A stretch of 64,000 bases of DNA from an uncultured Chloroflexia bacterium. GTDB taxonomy: Bacteria > Chloroflexota > Anaerolineae > JAAYZQ01. The notes under the pieces were generated by a model, which did not search any database, was not told the DNA's origin, and saw only the letters and a program-made list of their open reading frames with translations. Below are positions 38,751 to 49,675 of this stretch, piece by piece (position 1 is the first letter of the stretch; each line of letters starts with the position of its first letter). The stretch is taken from the NCBI GenBank assembly GCA_963700285.1, contig CAVOXA010000014.1, positions 928,001 to 992,000 on the forward strand, in the 5' to 3' direction. Position numbers and translations under genes: made by a program.

Positions 38751-38795
38751 AACAATGACCAACCTTGATGGCTTGTTGGTCATTGTTTGTTTTTC
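38751..38795 (+). terminator. Terminator-like hairpin between rpsG and fusA
   Basis: 13-bp stem AACAATGACCAAC/GTTGGTCATTGTT followed by TGTTTTT. Confidence 0.5.
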
Positions 38796-38819
38796 GTTGG
38801 TCATTCTGCGAGGTTGTCC

Positions 38820-40898
38820 ATGTCCAGGGCTATTCCTCTCGAGCGCACACGGAACATCGGGATCATCGCGCATATTGATGCCGGCAAGACCACGACGACA
38901 GAGAGGATCCTCTTTTATACAGGCCGCACGCACCGCATGGGCAGCGTGGACGATGGGACAACCGTTACCGATTGGATGGCGCAGGAGCGGGAGCGGGGCA
39001 TAACCATCACGTCGGCAGCCGTGACCTGCTTCTGGCGCGATTTTCAGATTAACATCGTAGATACACCGGGACATATCGACTTTACCGCCGAAGTCCAGCG
39101 CAGCTTGCGCGTACTGGATGGAGGCGTGGTGGTATTTGATGCCGTGGCAGGGGTAGAACCCCAATCAGAAACGGTCTGGCGTCAAGCCGACCGGTATCAG
39201 GTACCACGAATCTGTTTCGTTAACAAAATGGATCGTGTGGGGGCGGATTTTTGGCACACCGTGACAATGATCCGGGAGCAGTTGGCTTCAAACCCCGTGG
39301 CGATCCAGGTGCCGATAGGCGCCGAAGATAGGTTCATCGGCGTCGTGGACCTGCTGACTATGCAGGCCATCATCTATACCGACGATCTGGGCACTGTCCA
39401 GGAGGCCACGGCTATCCCGGACGACCTGCAGGGTTTTGCTCTAGAGCACCGCGAGAACCTCCTGGAGCAGGTGGCCGAGTACGATGACCAGATCATGGAA
39501 AAGTATCTGGAAGGGGAACAAATCCCGGTCAATGAGTTGCGGCGCGCGCTGCGCGAAGCCACACTCCGGGGGAACCTGGTACCGGTACTTTGTGGCTCGG
39601 CACTCAAGAATAAGGGGGTCCAACCGGTTCTGGATGCCGTAGTAGACTATTTGCCATCGCCTCTGGACGTGCCGCCCACGCCGGGCGTGAATCCTCGTAC
39701 AGGTGACGTGTGGAAGTGCTACCCCGACGAGACCCGACCTTTTGCAGCTCTGGCGTTCAAGGTGGTGACGGATCCGTACGTCGGGCGCTTGGTCTACTTG
39801 CGTATCTATTCGGGGAAAGTACGAGCCGGCAGCACAGTATGGAACTCGGTCAAAGGACGAAAAGAGCGGGTATCCAAGCTGCTGCGGATGTATGCCAACC
39901 GCCGCGAGGAGCTAGAGATGATCGAGGCGGGCGACATCGCGGCGGCGGTAGGGTTGAAAGACACATTCACCGGCGAGACCCTGTGCGATGCCACCTATCA
40001 GGTTGTCCTGGAGTCCATCAAGTTTCCGGAACCCGTGATCGCCGTGGCCATCGAGCCGCGAACACAGGCGGACCAGGACAAGATGAACGAGGCCCTCCGG
40101 CGGCTGGCGGAGGAGGATCCCACCTTTCGGGTACGAACCGACGAGAATACCGGCCAGTTGATCGTCAGCGGCATGGGGGAACTACACCTGGAAGTTCTGG
40201 TCGACCGTATGCTGCGCGAGTTTCGGGTAATGGCCAATGTCGGCAAGCCACAGGTAGCATACCGTGAGACAATCACACGGGAGGCACGGAGCGAAGGCAA
40301 GTTTGTCCGCCAGGTGGGAGCGCACAACCAGTATGGTCACGTTGTATTGGAGCTTGAGCCACTTCCTGTTGGTGCTGGCTTTGAGTTTGTGAACAAGACG
40401 AAGGGGAACGTCTTTCCTCAGGAGCAAGTAGACGCGGTGGAAGCTGGTGTCCGCGAGTCGCTGGACGGCGGAGTGCTAGCCGGCTACACCCTCGTGGATT
40501 TGCGCGTATCGCTGGTTGACGGGGATTATGAAGAGGATGAAACTTCCGACATGGCACTTCGTGCGGCGGCATCGATGGCCCTGCGGAATGGCGTAGAAAA
40601 GGCCGCCCCCGTCTTGTTAGAACCAATCATGAGCGTGGAGGCCGTGGCGCCGGACGAGTCAAGTGGCGCGCTCATCGGTGATCTCAGTGCTCGTGGCGGA
40701 CAGATCGAGGGTTTGCAGCCCCGAGGCGCGGGAATGCAAGCCGTAAGGGCCATGGTTCCTCTGGCCGAGATGTTTGGTTATACCACGGACCTGCGATCGA
40801 TGACCCAGGGGCGGGGCACCTCCACGATGGAGTTCGATCACTATGACGAGGTGGCGCCGGAGGTACTGGATCAGATTCTGATGGGCTGGCGCAGGTAA
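38820..40898 (+). CDS. fusA: Elongation factor G (domain IV tip divergent)
   Basis: [30 protein letters not shown]; str-operon position. Confidence 0.95.
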   Translation: MSRAIPLERTRNIGIIAHIDAGKTTTTERILFYTGRTHRMGSVDDGTTVTDWMAQERERGITITSAAVTCFWRDFQINIVDTPGHIDFTAEVQRSLRVLDGGVVVFDAVAGVEPQSETVWRQADRYQVPRICFVNKMDRVGADFWHTVTMIREQLASNPVAIQVPIGAEDRFIGVVDLLTMQAIIYTDDLGTVQEATAIPDDLQGFALEHRENLLEQVAEYDDQIMEKYLEGEQIPVNELRRALREATLRGNLVPVLCGSALKNKGVQPVLDAVVDYLPSPLDVPPTPGVNPRTGDVWKCYPDETRPFAALAFKVVTDPYVGRLVYLRIYSGKVRAGSTVWNSVKGRKERVSKLLRMYANRREELEMIEAGDIAAAVGLKDTFTGETLCDATYQVVLESIKFPEPVIAVAIEPRTQADQDKMNEALRRLAEEDPTFRVRTDENTGQLIVSGMGELHLEVLVDRMLREFRVMANVGKPQVAYRETITREARSEGKFVRQVGAHNQYGHVVLELEPLPVGAGFEFVNKTKGNVFPQEQVDAVEAGVRESLDGGVLAGYTLVDLRVSLVDGDYEEDETSDMALRAAASMALRNGVEKAAPVLLEPIMSVEAVAPDESSGALIGDLSARGGQIEGLQPRGAGMQAVRAMVPLAEMFGYTTDLRSMTQGRGTSTMEFDHYDEVAPEVLDQILMGWRR

Positions 40899-40913
40899 TA
40901 GCCCCACGTGGAT

Positions 40914-40942
40914 TTGCCATGGATCCGCTTTTGAGGTAGAAT
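40914..40942 (+). promoter_or_regulatory. Internal promoter upstream of tuf
   Basis: TTGCCA-17 bp-TAGAAT in the fusA-tuf spacer. Confidence 0.65.
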
Positions 40943-41000
40943 GGCGCGGTTTTGTGGGTTGTGTGACCCGCAACCGGCATGAAGAAAAAGGAGCACCAGC

Positions 41001-42200
41001 ATGGGAAAGGCAAAGTTCGAGCGAACAAAACCACATGTGAACGTGGGCACGATTGGCCACATCGACCACGGCAAAACAACCTTGACCGCGGCTATCACCA
41101 AGACCCTGGGGATGAAGGGCTGGGCCGATTTCCGAGCCTTTGATTCCATTGACAACGCACCTGAGGAAAAAGCCCGCGGCATCACCATCGCCATCGCCCA
41201 CGTCGAGTACGAGACCGAGAACCGGCACTATGCCCACGTCGATTGCCCTGGACACGTCGACTATATCAAGAACATGATCACCGGCGCCGCACAGATGGAT
41301 GGCGCCATCCTGGTCGTGGCTGCTCCTGATGGGCCCATGCCCCAGACCCGCGAGCACGTCTTGCTGGCGCGTCAGGTAGAAGTGCCGGCCATGGTTGTCT
41401 TTTTGAACAAAGTCGACATGATGGACGACCCCGAACTGCTCGAACTGGTCGAGTTGGAGCTTCGCGAGTTGCTCTCCAGCTATGGCTTCCCCGGCGATGA
41501 CATTCCCATCGTCCGCGGCAGCGCCCGCGACGCCCTGGAGAGCACCAGCACAGATCCGAACGCCCCCGAGTATGCTTGCATCTGGGAGCTGATGCGGGTC
41601 GTGGACGAGTACATCCCCACGCCCGAGCGCGAGATCGACAAGCCCTTCTTGATGCCCATTGAGGACGTCTTCAGCATCAAGGGGCGGGGCACCGTGGTCA
41701 CCGGCCGCGTGGACCGGGGCATGATCCATACCATGGACGAAGTCGAGATCATTGGCATCAAAGAGACGGTCAAGACCGTTTGCACCGGGGTGGAGATGTT
41801 CCGCAAGATCCTCGACGAGGGCATGGCCGGGGACAATGTCGGCTGTCTGCTGCGGGGCATAAACCGTGAGGACGTTGAGCGAGGACAGGTGCTGGCCAAG
41901 CCTGGAAGCATCAAGCCGCACACAGAGTTTACAGGTGAGGTATACGTCTTGCGGCGGGACGAGGGCGGCAGGCATACGCCCTTCTTTGCCGGCTACCGGC
42001 CGCAGTTCTACATCGGCACACTGGATGTCACAGGGGCCGTAGAGATGCCGGAAGGCGTAGAGATGGTCATGCCCGGGGACTATGTGAGCCTGGGTGTGAA
42101 GCTGATCGTGCCGGTGGCCCTGGAAGCTGGTTCCCGCTTTGCCATGCGCGAAGGCGGCCGAACCGTTGGCTCGGGTGTCATCACCGAGATTCTGAAATAG
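41001..42200 (+). CDS. tuf: Elongation factor Tu
   Basis: [26 protein letters not shown]. Confidence 0.99.
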   Translation: MGKAKFERTKPHVNVGTIGHIDHGKTTLTAAITKTLGMKGWADFRAFDSIDNAPEEKARGITIAIAHVEYETENRHYAHVDCPGHVDYIKNMITGAAQMDGAILVVAAPDGPMPQTREHVLLARQVEVPAMVVFLNKVDMMDDPELLELVELELRELLSSYGFPGDDIPIVRGSARDALESTSTDPNAPEYACIWELMRVVDEYIPTPEREIDKPFLMPIEDVFSIKGRGTVVTGRVDRGMIHTMDEVEIIGIKETVKTVCTGVEMFRKILDEGMAGDNVGCLLRGINREDVERGQVLAKPGSIKPHTEFTGEVYVLRRDEGGRHTPFFAGYRPQFYIGTLDVTGAVEMPEGVEMVMPGDYVSLGVKLIVPVALEAGSRFAMREGGRTVGSGVITEILK

Positions 42201-42223
42201 AGTAGCTCGTTTTCGAGGGGGCC

Positions 42224-42532
42224 ATGGCCAAGCAGAAGATCAGAATTCGACTCAAGGCTTTCGATCACCGCATACTGGATCAGTCAGCGCGGCAAATCGT
42301 GGATACGGCAGAGCGAACCGGTGCTTATGTAGTTGGGCCGGTGCCATTGCCAACTCGCATCGAGAAATTTACGGTGATCCGTGGGCCCTTTATCGACAAG
42401 GATTCAAGGGAGCAGTTCGAGATCCGAACCCACAAGCGGCTGCTCGATATCGTTGAGCCAGGATCGAAAACGGTTGACCAGCTAATGCGCCTGCAATTGC
42501 CGGCCGGGGTCGACATCGAAATCACGCTTTAA
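42224..42532 (+). CDS. rpsJ: 30S ribosomal protein S10
   Basis: [23 protein letters not shown]. Confidence 0.98.
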   Translation: MAKQKIRIRLKAFDHRILDQSARQIVDTAERTGAYVVGPVPLPTRIEKFTVIRGPFIDKDSREQFEIRTHKRLLDIVEPGSKTVDQLMRLQLPAGVDIEITL

Positions 42533-42707
42533 CAACCGAGAGCATTCAGCGTTTGGCTGTCAGCCGCCGGCATTGATGCGGCTGCAAGCTGAAACCTGAG
42601 AGCCTACGCCATCGAGCTGGCAAGTGTACGGCACAACCAGCCGGCAGACTGCCAGCCTGAAGGGATGATGCGGGCCCGCCTAGCCTGGCAGTCCCTGGGA
42701 GGTAAGA

Positions 42708-43373
42708 ATGAAGAGCATTGTAGGCAAAAAGGTCGGGATGACCCAGATTTTTGATGAGCTGGGGGAAGTCATTCCGGTCACAGTCATCGAAGCTGGTCCT
42801 TGCTTTGTTGCCCAAATCAAAACGGTGGAACGGGATGGCTATGCGGCCGTTCAATTGGGTTTTGAAGAAACGAAACCCAAGCACCTGACCAAGCCCCAGT
42901 TGCAGCATCTGCAAAAGAGCAATCTATCGGCACTGCGCCACCTGCGAGAGTTCCGGATGAGTCCGGATGACATCGCTGGCTTTGAGCTGGAAGAAGGCCA
43001 GAAGGTGACGGTTGATGTCTTTGATGCAGGCGAGTATGTCGACATAGTCGGGACCACGAAAGGCCGAGGATTCGCCGGCGTGGTGAAGCGACATGGCTTT
43101 GGTGGGGGTCCCAAGACCCATGGCCAGTCCGACAGGACGCGCACCCCAGGTTCAATTGGAGCATGCACCACGCCAGGGCGTGTCTTCAAGGGCAAACGAA
43201 TGCCCGGGCGGATGGGTGGTGATCGCGTCACCGTTCAGGCATTGAAGGTGATGTTGGTGGATCCGGAACGGAACCTGCTGGTGGTGCAGGGAGCAGTGCC
43301 TGGAGCGAAAAATGGATTGCTGATGATTCGGCAGGCGCGCAAGACACGACTGCTGAAGAAGGTGCGCAAATAG
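42708..43373 (+). CDS. rplC: 50S ribosomal protein L3
   Basis: [21 protein letters not shown]. Confidence 0.98.
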   Translation: MKSIVGKKVGMTQIFDELGEVIPVTVIEAGPCFVAQIKTVERDGYAAVQLGFEETKPKHLTKPQLQHLQKSNLSALRHLREFRMSPDDIAGFELEEGQKVTVDVFDAGEYVDIVGTTKGRGFAGVVKRHGFGGGPKTHGQSDRTRTPGSIGACTTPGRVFKGKRMPGRMGGDRVTVQALKVMLVDPERNLLVVQGAVPGAKNGLLMIRQARKTRLLKKVRK

Positions 43374-43417
43374 TCCCGGGCAAGACCCATCAGGGATCCG
43401 ATGAGGAGTAGTGGCAA

Positions 43418-44062
43418 ATGGAAGTGCCTGTCTATAATACACAGGGTGAGCAGGTAGGCGAAGCCGAGTTGAGAGCTGACATTTTCGACGTGCCAGTCAA
43501 CCAGGCGTTGATGCACCAAGCATTGGTGCGCCAGATGGCCAACGCGCACTTGGGGACGCACAAGACCAAAACACGTAGTGAGGTCCGGGGAGGTGGTCGG
43601 AAGCCTTGGCGGCAAAAGGGTACCGGCCGTGCCCGCCAGGGGAGCATCCGGTCCCCTCAGTGGCGAGGCGGAGGGACCGTTTTTGGGCCAACCCCGCGCA
43701 GCTACCGCCAAAAGATGCCGCGCAAGATGCGACGCCAGGCTCTGCGCTCTGTTCTGTCAGTCAAAGCAGCCGCGTCACAGGTAGTATTGCTCGATACCCT
43801 GGAGATGGCGGAACCAAGGACAAAGCAAGTCATGGGCGCCCTGCGGAATCTAGGGATCGATTCGTCGGCCTTGATCTTGTTGCCTCAGCGTGACGAGGTC
43901 ATTCTACGTTCGGTGCGCAACCTACCAAAGGTCCAGACGCTGGTCGCACAGTACCTCAACGTGAGGGACCTGCTCAAGTTTGATTACATCCTGGTGCCGC
44001 TGGCTTCCTTGGAAGTGATCGAAGGGATTTTAGGCCAGGATCGGGTTCACGCATCAGATTGA
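43418..44062 (+). CDS. rplD: 50S ribosomal protein L4
   Basis: KPWRQKGTGRARQGS. Confidence 0.98.
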   Translation: MEVPVYNTQGEQVGEAELRADIFDVPVNQALMHQALVRQMANAHLGTHKTKTRSEVRGGGRKPWRQKGTGRARQGSIRSPQWRGGGTVFGPTPRSYRQKMPRKMRRQALRSVLSVKAAASQVVLLDTLEMAEPRTKQVMGALRNLGIDSSALILLPQRDEVILRSVRNLPKVQTLVAQYLNVRDLLKFDYILVPLASLEVIEGILGQDRVHASD

Positions 44063-44085
44063 ATCCGGGTGCAGGGAGAGGTGTT

Positions 44086-44376
44086 ATGCACATCTATCAG
44101 GTCTTGAAACGGCCGATACTGACGGAAAAGACAGATCTTCAGCGCGAAGAAAACCAATACGTTTTTGAGGTGGACCGCCGAGCCAACAAGCTCCAGGTCA
44201 AAGAGGCAGTCCAAACGGTTTTTGACGTGGAGGTCATGTCCGTGAACACCATGATCATGAAGCCAAAACGACGGAAACTGGGGCGCAAGACCATCACTAC
44301 ACGGCCTGTTTGGAAGAGGGCGGTTGTAACGTTGGCGCCGGGAGAGCGGATCCAGGACTTTTTCGAAGGGATTTAA
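44086..44376 (+). CDS. rplW: 50S ribosomal protein L23
   Basis: RPILTEK, YVFEV..RANK, WKRAVVTL. Confidence 0.97.
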   Translation: MHIYQVLKRPILTEKTDLQREENQYVFEVDRRANKLQVKEAVQTVFDVEVMSVNTMIMKPKRRKLGRKTITTRPVWKRAVVTLAPGERIQDFFEGI

Positions 44377-44378
44377 GA

Positions 44379-44443
44379 GTCCGAGGTTGAGCGTTGGACG
44401 TTCGAGGTCCAAGCTTGTCGAACAGCGGGCATCGAACATCGCA
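44379..44443. repeat. Degenerate heptamer tandem repeat with inverted half
   Basis: GTCCGAG GTTGAGC GTTGGAC GTTCGAG GTCCAAG, then inverted-type units GTCGAAC ... ATCGAAC ATCGCAC. Confidence 0.5.
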
Positions 44444-44462
44444 CTGCGGACAGGAGTAAGAG

Positions 44463-45297
44463 ATGCCGATCAAAGTCTATAAACCTACATCGCCGGGTCG
44501 GCGGGGAATGAGCGTCTCCTCCTTTGAGGAGATTACCCGCTCAAAGCCTGAAAAGGCGCTGCTCCGCCCCATGAAGAAGAGATCCGGGCGCAATTTCCGG
44601 GGAAAAATCACCGTCCGGCACCACGGCGGAGGCCACAAACGTCGCTACCGCGTTGTTGATTTCAAGCGTGACAAGGCTGGTGTTCCTGGACGTGTGGATT
44701 CGGTCGAGTACGATCCCAACCGCTCGGCCCGGATCGCCCTAGTGGCTTACGTTGACGGAGAAAAGCGATACATCATTGCCCCGGTAGGCCTCAAAGTGGG
44801 TGACATGGTCATGTCAGGGGCAGATTCCGAGATTCGAGTGGGCAGCGCCCTGCCAATTGTGAATATCCCTGTAGGCACGACCATCCACAATATCGAGTTG
44901 CACATCGGCAAAGGTGGCCAGTTGGTTCGTGCAGCAGGTACCTCAGCCCAGCTATTGGCCAAAGAAGGTCGCTACGCGCACATCCGATTGCCATCGGGTG
45001 AGGTCCGGCTGGTGAACGTTCAGTGCATGGCCACCATCGGCCAGGTGGGCAACACAGATCATGGGAACATTAAACTGGGCAAGGCAGGACGGACAGCGCT
45101 GGCTTGGGATCCGCCCATCGGTTCGAGGTTCGGCCATGGATCCAGCTTCCCACCCACATGGGGGCGGTGAAGGTAGGTCGCCCATCGGTATGCCCGGTCC
45201 AAAGTCGCCGTGGGGCAAGCCCACTCTGGGCAAAAAGACCCGACGCAACAAATCCACTGACAAGTGGATCGTGCGGCGACGACGGAAGAAACGGTAA
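44463..45297 (+). CDS. rplB: 50S ribosomal protein L2, with one extra base near 45094
   Basis: EYDPNRSA and GKAGR in one frame; [19 protein letters not shown] in the +1 frame. Confidence 0.95.
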
Positions 45298-45366
45298 TCA
45301 CGCAGCGCGGAACAATGCATTGAGCAGGATCGAGCGCAGGTCGTACAACCGGCGTGGAGGTAAAAG

Positions 45367-45657
45367 ATGTCGAGATCACTGAAAAAGGGACCGTACGTGA
45401 GTCCCAAGCTGCTGCACCGGATCGAGGAGATGAACCGGCCTGGCGTGCCCCGGCGGGTCGTCAAAACCTGGTCGCGGGCTTCGACTATCTTCCCGCAAAT
45501 GGTAGGCCACACGATAGCCGTGCACGATGGACGGCGTCACGTGCCAATCTATATCAGCGAGAATATGGTTGGCCACAAGCTGGGCGAGTTCGCACCGACT
45601 CGGACCTTCCGGGGGCATTCCAGGAAGGAAAGAACAACGCGAGTGCGGAGAGTATAG
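45367..45657 (+). CDS. rpsS: 30S ribosomal protein S19
   Basis: [18 protein letters not shown]. Confidence 0.98.
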   Translation: MSRSLKKGPYVSPKLLHRIEEMNRPGVPRRVVKTWSRASTIFPQMVGHTIAVHDGRRHVPIYISENMVGHKLGEFAPTRTFRGHSRKERTTRVRRV

Positions 45658-45667
45658 GGGGGCAGGT

Positions 45668-46024
45668 ATGGAAGATTTTGAGGTCCGAGCCCAACACCGT
45701 TTTGTACCCCAGTCACCGCGCAAGGTGCGCCTCGTCGTCGATAGCGTGCGGGGCATGGACGCGGAGGAGGCTTTGGGCGTTTTGAATCTGATGCCCCATC
45801 GGGCCGCCACTTCGGTGTACAAACTGGTCAAGTCGGCCGTGGCGAACGCTGAGAACAATTTTGGGATGGCAGCCGAAGATCTGTATATCGCGAGCATCTC
45901 TGCTGATGGCGGTCCTACTCGCCGTTGGCGCCGATTTGGAGCGCGCGGCAGGTTCAAGCCAATCCTGAAGCGATCGTCACACATCACTGTGATTCTGCGA
46001 GAACGAACGTCAACCGAGTTCTAG
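45668..46024 (+). CDS. rplV: 50S ribosomal protein L22
   Basis: [25 protein letters not shown]. Confidence 0.97.
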   Translation: MEDFEVRAQHRFVPQSPRKVRLVVDSVRGMDAEEALGVLNLMPHRAATSVYKLVKSAVANAENNFGMAAEDLYIASISADGGPTRRWRRFGARGRFKPILKRSSHITVILRERTSTEF

Positions 46025-46034
46025 GGGGGACTGC

Positions 46035-46700
46035 ATGGGGCGAAAGGTACATCCTTACGGCTTCAGGCTAGGATACATCAAGGACTGGAAAGCTCGCTGG
46101 TACGCGGAGAAGGAAGAATACGCTGACCTGCTGGCTGAGGACCTAAAGATACGCAAGCTCATCCGCAAGGATGTGGGTCACGCCGGCATCTCGGACATCG
46201 AGATCGAGCGATTCCCAAAGGCGCGCCAGGTGTCGGTCAAAGTCTGGACTGCCAAGCCGGGCATTGTCATCGGGCGGAAAGGGGCCAACGTCAACACCTT
46301 GCGCAAGGACCTGGAAACTCTGACGAGCAAGAAAATCCACGTGGATGTGGAAGAGGTAGAGCGACCCGAGTTGAATGCCTTCCTGGTGGCCGAGGGAATC
46401 GCCCAGCAGATTGAGCGGCGGATCTCGCACAAGCGCGCCATGAGTCAGGCAATTCAGCGAGCCATACGATTCGGCGCACAGGGAGCCATGGTAACTTGCG
46501 CGGGGCGCTTGTTCGGTTCAGAGATGGCTCGTCGCGAGACAATCCGTGAGGGACGAGTCCCTCGCCACACGCTGCGCGCCAACATCGATTATGCCCAGGC
46601 CGAGTCCTTGACGACCTTTGGCCGCATTGGCATCAAGGTCTGGATCTATACAGGAGATGTGTTGCCGGAGCGGGAGATCGAAGAAACGGTTAGCGCCTAG
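46035..46700 (+). CDS. rpsC: 30S ribosomal protein S3
   Basis: [29 protein letters not shown]. Confidence 0.98.
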   Translation: MGRKVHPYGFRLGYIKDWKARWYAEKEEYADLLAEDLKIRKLIRKDVGHAGISDIEIERFPKARQVSVKVWTAKPGIVIGRKGANVNTLRKDLETLTSKKIHVDVEEVERPELNAFLVAEGIAQQIERRISHKRAMSQAIQRAIRFGAQGAMVTCAGRLFGSEMARRETIREGRVPRHTLRANIDYAQAESLTTFGRIGIKVWIYTGDVLPEREIEETVSA

Positions 46701-46837
46701 ACGGGTGACCGTGGGTGTCGGCAGCAGCCAGCCTGCTTTGGCAGTCGCAAAGCAGTTGGGTCTTCGGTTAAAGATCCAAGCTGACAGATACTACCGACAA
46801 GGACCAAAGGTCCGGCTGCAACACGGGAGAGTGTGTC

Positions 46838-47266
46838 ATGTTGATGCCAAAACGTACAAAGTATCGTAAGGCACATCGAGGACGGATGAAGGGCAAAGCC
46901 GGTCGCGGCAATACCCTTTCTTTTGGCAACTATGGTCTCCAAGCGATGGAACCATGCTGGATGACCAGTCGCCAGATTGAAGCAGCACGCCGGGCCATCG
47001 TGCGCCACGTGAAGCGCGGCGGAAAGCTCTGGATCCGGGTCTTTCCTGACAAACCAGTGACTGCCAAGCCGGCGGAGACGCGCATGGGAGCCGGAAAGGG
47101 TGCAGTGGATCACTGGGTGGCCGTGATAAAACCTGGGCGGATGATTTTTGAGATGTCAGGTGTTCAGGAAGACCTCGCGCGTGAGGCAATGCGGTTGGCC
47201 TCTCACAAATTGCCCATCAAGACTCAGTTCGTCACCCGCCAGGAAATAGTTGGAGGGACAGGATGA
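46838..47266 (+). CDS. rplP: 50S ribosomal protein L16
   Basis: [20 protein letters not shown]. Confidence 0.98.
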   Translation: MLMPKRTKYRKAHRGRMKGKAGRGNTLSFGNYGLQAMEPCWMTSRQIEAARRAIVRHVKRGGKLWIRVFPDKPVTAKPAETRMGAGKGAVDHWVAVIKPGRMIFEMSGVQEDLAREAMRLASHKLPIKTQFVTRQEIVGGTG

Positions 47267-47478
47267 AATCGCGGGAAATCTGGGAAATGACGCCAGAGGA
47301 GATCCAAGTCAAGTTGGACGACGCTTACGCTGAAATGTTCAACCTTAGGTTCCAATTCTCCACTGGCCAAATGCGGAATAGTGCCCGTCTGGGTCAGATG
47401 CGCCGAGAGGTGGCCCGGTTGAACACCGTTCTCAGGGCGAAAGAGATAAGACGCATGCGAGAGCAGGAGACAGAATGA
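47263..47478 (+). CDS. rpmC: 50S ribosomal protein L29
   Basis: [19 protein letters not shown]; position. Confidence 0.95.
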   Translation: MKSREIWEMTPEEIQVKLDDAYAEMFNLRFQFSTGQMRNSARLGQMRREVARLNTVLRAKEIRRMREQETE

Positions 47479-47741
47479 CGGAAGGCTCACGGTCCTACGA
47501 AAACCGCAAGGCCCTGGTTGGTCGTGTACTGAGCAACCGGATGGATAAGACAGTGGTCGTCCTGGTGGAACGGCGCCAACGGCATCGGCTCTACGGCAAA
47601 GTGATCACCTTGCGAAAGAAGCTCAAGGCGCACGATGGCGAAAATGCCTGTCAGATCGGCGACCTGGTCAAGATTGTCGAGTCGCGTCCCATGAGCAAGG
47701 AAAAGCGTTGGCTTGTTACCGAGATCTTGAACCAGAGTTGA
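47475..47741 (+). CDS. rpsQ: 30S ribosomal protein S17
   Basis: MDKTVVV, ESRPMSKEKRW. Confidence 0.97.
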   Translation: MTEGSRSYENRKALVGRVLSNRMDKTVVVLVERRQRHRLYGKVITLRKKLKAHDGENACQIGDLVKIVESRPMSKEKRWLVTEILNQS

Positions 47742-47840
47742 TCTTTGGGATGAGGGCTTGTCGTCGCGCACCATCCGGATGCTTTGGCAAGGGTGCCCTC
47801 TTTGGGGCGGGGTTTGCGACGCACCGTCCGATCTTGGGAC
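47742..47840 (+). repeat. Imperfect direct repeat of about 45 nt in the rpsQ-rplN spacer
   Basis: TCTTTGGGATGAGGGCTTG..CGCACCATCCGGAT versus TCTTTGGGGCGGGGTTTG..CGCACCGTCCGAT. Confidence 0.5.
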
Positions 47841-47906
47841 CAGTCTAGGGTAGCAGCAGCCCCTGGTTCCCTACAAGGCGAGCAGGGGGAAGGCTGGAGG
47901 AGAACG

Positions 47907-48275
47907 ATGATTCAGCAAGAGAGCCGGCTTAAAGTTGCCGATAATACCGGGGGCAAGGTAGTACTCTGTATCCGTGTCTTGGGTGGCTCGACGCGGCAGT
48001 ATGGGGGTGTGGGTGATGTGATTGTTGCTACGGTCAAGAGTGCCGCCCCGGGAGGATCTGTCAAAAAGGGAGACGTGGTCCAAGCGGTGATCGTGCGCAC
48101 GGCCAAAGAGGTACATCGGCGCGATGGTTCCTACATCAAATTCGATGACAACGCCGCCGTGATCTTGGACCAGGCAAGGAATCCAAAGGGAACACGTATC
48201 TTTGGCCCGGTGGCCCGTGAGCTTCGCGAGCTCGGGTTCATGAAGATCGTGTCACTGGCCCCCGAGGTATTGTGA
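47907..48275 (+). CDS. rplN: 50S ribosomal protein L14
   Basis: [28 protein letters not shown]. Confidence 0.98.
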   Translation: MIQQESRLKVADNTGGKVVLCIRVLGGSTRQYGGVGDVIVATVKSAAPGGSVKKGDVVQAVIVRTAKEVHRRDGSYIKFDDNAAVILDQARNPKGTRIFGPVARELRELGFMKIVSLAPEVL

Positions 48276-48295
48276 CCGGAGCTGGAGAGTGAAAC

Positions 48296-48682
48296 ATGGA
48301 ACGGATCAAGAGGGGTGATACAGTTGAAATCATCGCCGGCAGGGATGCAGCCGCTTCCCGGCGCGAGGGGAAAAAGCTGCTGGGCACGGTGCACAGAGTG
48401 ATTCGAGGCTACGAGATCGACCGCTTTCGCCGGAAAGTGAAGCGGGATCACAGCAAGGATCGCGTCGTAGTCCAGGGCGTCAATCTCATCGTCAAACACC
48501 AGCGCCGCACGGGCGACGTGAGAACGCAGGTAGGGCGGATCGAGCGAGAAGGGCCCATCCACAGTTCAAACGTAATGTTGGTCTGCCCCTCGTGCAAAGA
48601 GGCTACTCGAGTGGGTTTTCGAGTCTTTGATGATGGCTCCAGAGCCCGGTACTGCAAGCGCTGTGACGAGGCGATAGATTAG
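48296..48682 (+). CDS. rplX: 50S ribosomal protein L24 (with insertions)
   Basis: IKRGDTVEIIAGRD, VVQGVN, IHSSNV. Confidence 0.95.
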   Translation: MERIKRGDTVEIIAGRDAAASRREGKKLLGTVHRVIRGYEIDRFRRKVKRDHSKDRVVVQGVNLIVKHQRRTGDVRTQVGRIEREGPIHSSNVMLVCPSCKEATRVGFRVFDDGSRARYCKRCDEAID

Positions 48683-48715
48683 CCCTCTGACCAGGGGCAA
48701 AGTGGGAGCTGACGG

Positions 48716-49258
48716 ATGCCAAGATTGAAGGATCTATATCGCGAGCACGTGGTACCAACCCTGCAGAAAGAGTTGGGCTATCAGAACATTATGCAGGTAC
48801 CGCGCATGGAAAAGATCGTCGTGAACGTGGGACTGGGTGAGGCTCTGCAGAACGCCAGGGCACTGGATGCCGCGGTACAGGATATCACCACCATAACGGG
48901 ACAAAGGCCCATCGTCACGCGGGCACGAAAATCCATTGCGGTCTTTAAGCTGAGGGAGGGCAACCCCATTGGCGCAAAGGTAACCCTGCGCGGCAATCGG
49001 ATGTGGGATTTTCTGGATCGCCTGTGCAGTATCGCCCTCCCACGCCAGCGTGACTTTCGGGGACTTTCGCCCGACTCGTTCGATGGCCGCGGAAATTATA
49101 GCCTGGGTCTAAGAGAGCAATTGATCTTCCCCGAGATTGACTACGACTCGATTGACAAGATCCGGGGCTTTGAGGTCACCATCGTGACCACGGCCAATAC
49201 CGATGAAGAAGGACTTCAACTGCTGAAACATCTGGGGATGCCCTTTGGCAGTGGTTGA
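48716..49258 (+). CDS. rplE: 50S ribosomal protein L5
   Basis: [22 protein letters not shown]. Confidence 0.98.
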   Translation: MPRLKDLYREHVVPTLQKELGYQNIMQVPRMEKIVVNVGLGEALQNARALDAAVQDITTITGQRPIVTRARKSIAVFKLREGNPIGAKVTLRGNRMWDFLDRLCSIALPRQRDFRGLSPDSFDGRGNYSLGLREQLIFPEIDYDSIDKIRGFEVTIVTTANTDEEGLQLLKHLGMPFGSG

Positions 49259-49344
49259 GCCGTTGCAGTCACAGCTCTCTGGCCCGATGGCTCAGTCGGG
49301 TTCTGAGGACGACAGGGCGGACAGTCACAGTTTGAGGAGGAAAT

Positions 49345-49527
49345 GTGGCAAAGACAAGCATGATTGTGCGGGAAACAAGACGCAAGTATCCTACCAGGGT
49401 ACGAAACCGGTGTACGCGGTGTGGCCGGCCTAGAGGATACATGCGACGATTCAAGCTGTGCCGTATCTGTTTCCGCGAACTGGCCAATCAGGGCATGATC
49501 CCTGGGGTAGTCAAGTCCAGCTGGTAG
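49345..49527 (+). CDS. rpsZ: 30S ribosomal protein S14 type Z (zinc-binding)
   Basis: [10 protein letters not shown]...LCRICFRE...KSSW; GTG start. Confidence 0.96.
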   Translation: MAKTSMIVRETRRKYPTRVRNRCTRCGRPRGYMRRFKLCRICFRELANQGMIPGVVKSSW

Positions 49528-49675
49528 CCATTGCTGGCCGCCAAGGGTGGGGATACGAGAGGGCTTGAGAGTCTCAACGGCGACCAAAGAGCAGGCATGC
49601 CCCGAATGCTTTGGGGCAGCGGCACTCAAGTGGAGTGAACAGGACTCCCAGAGTCGATTAGAAGTGAGGTGACGT

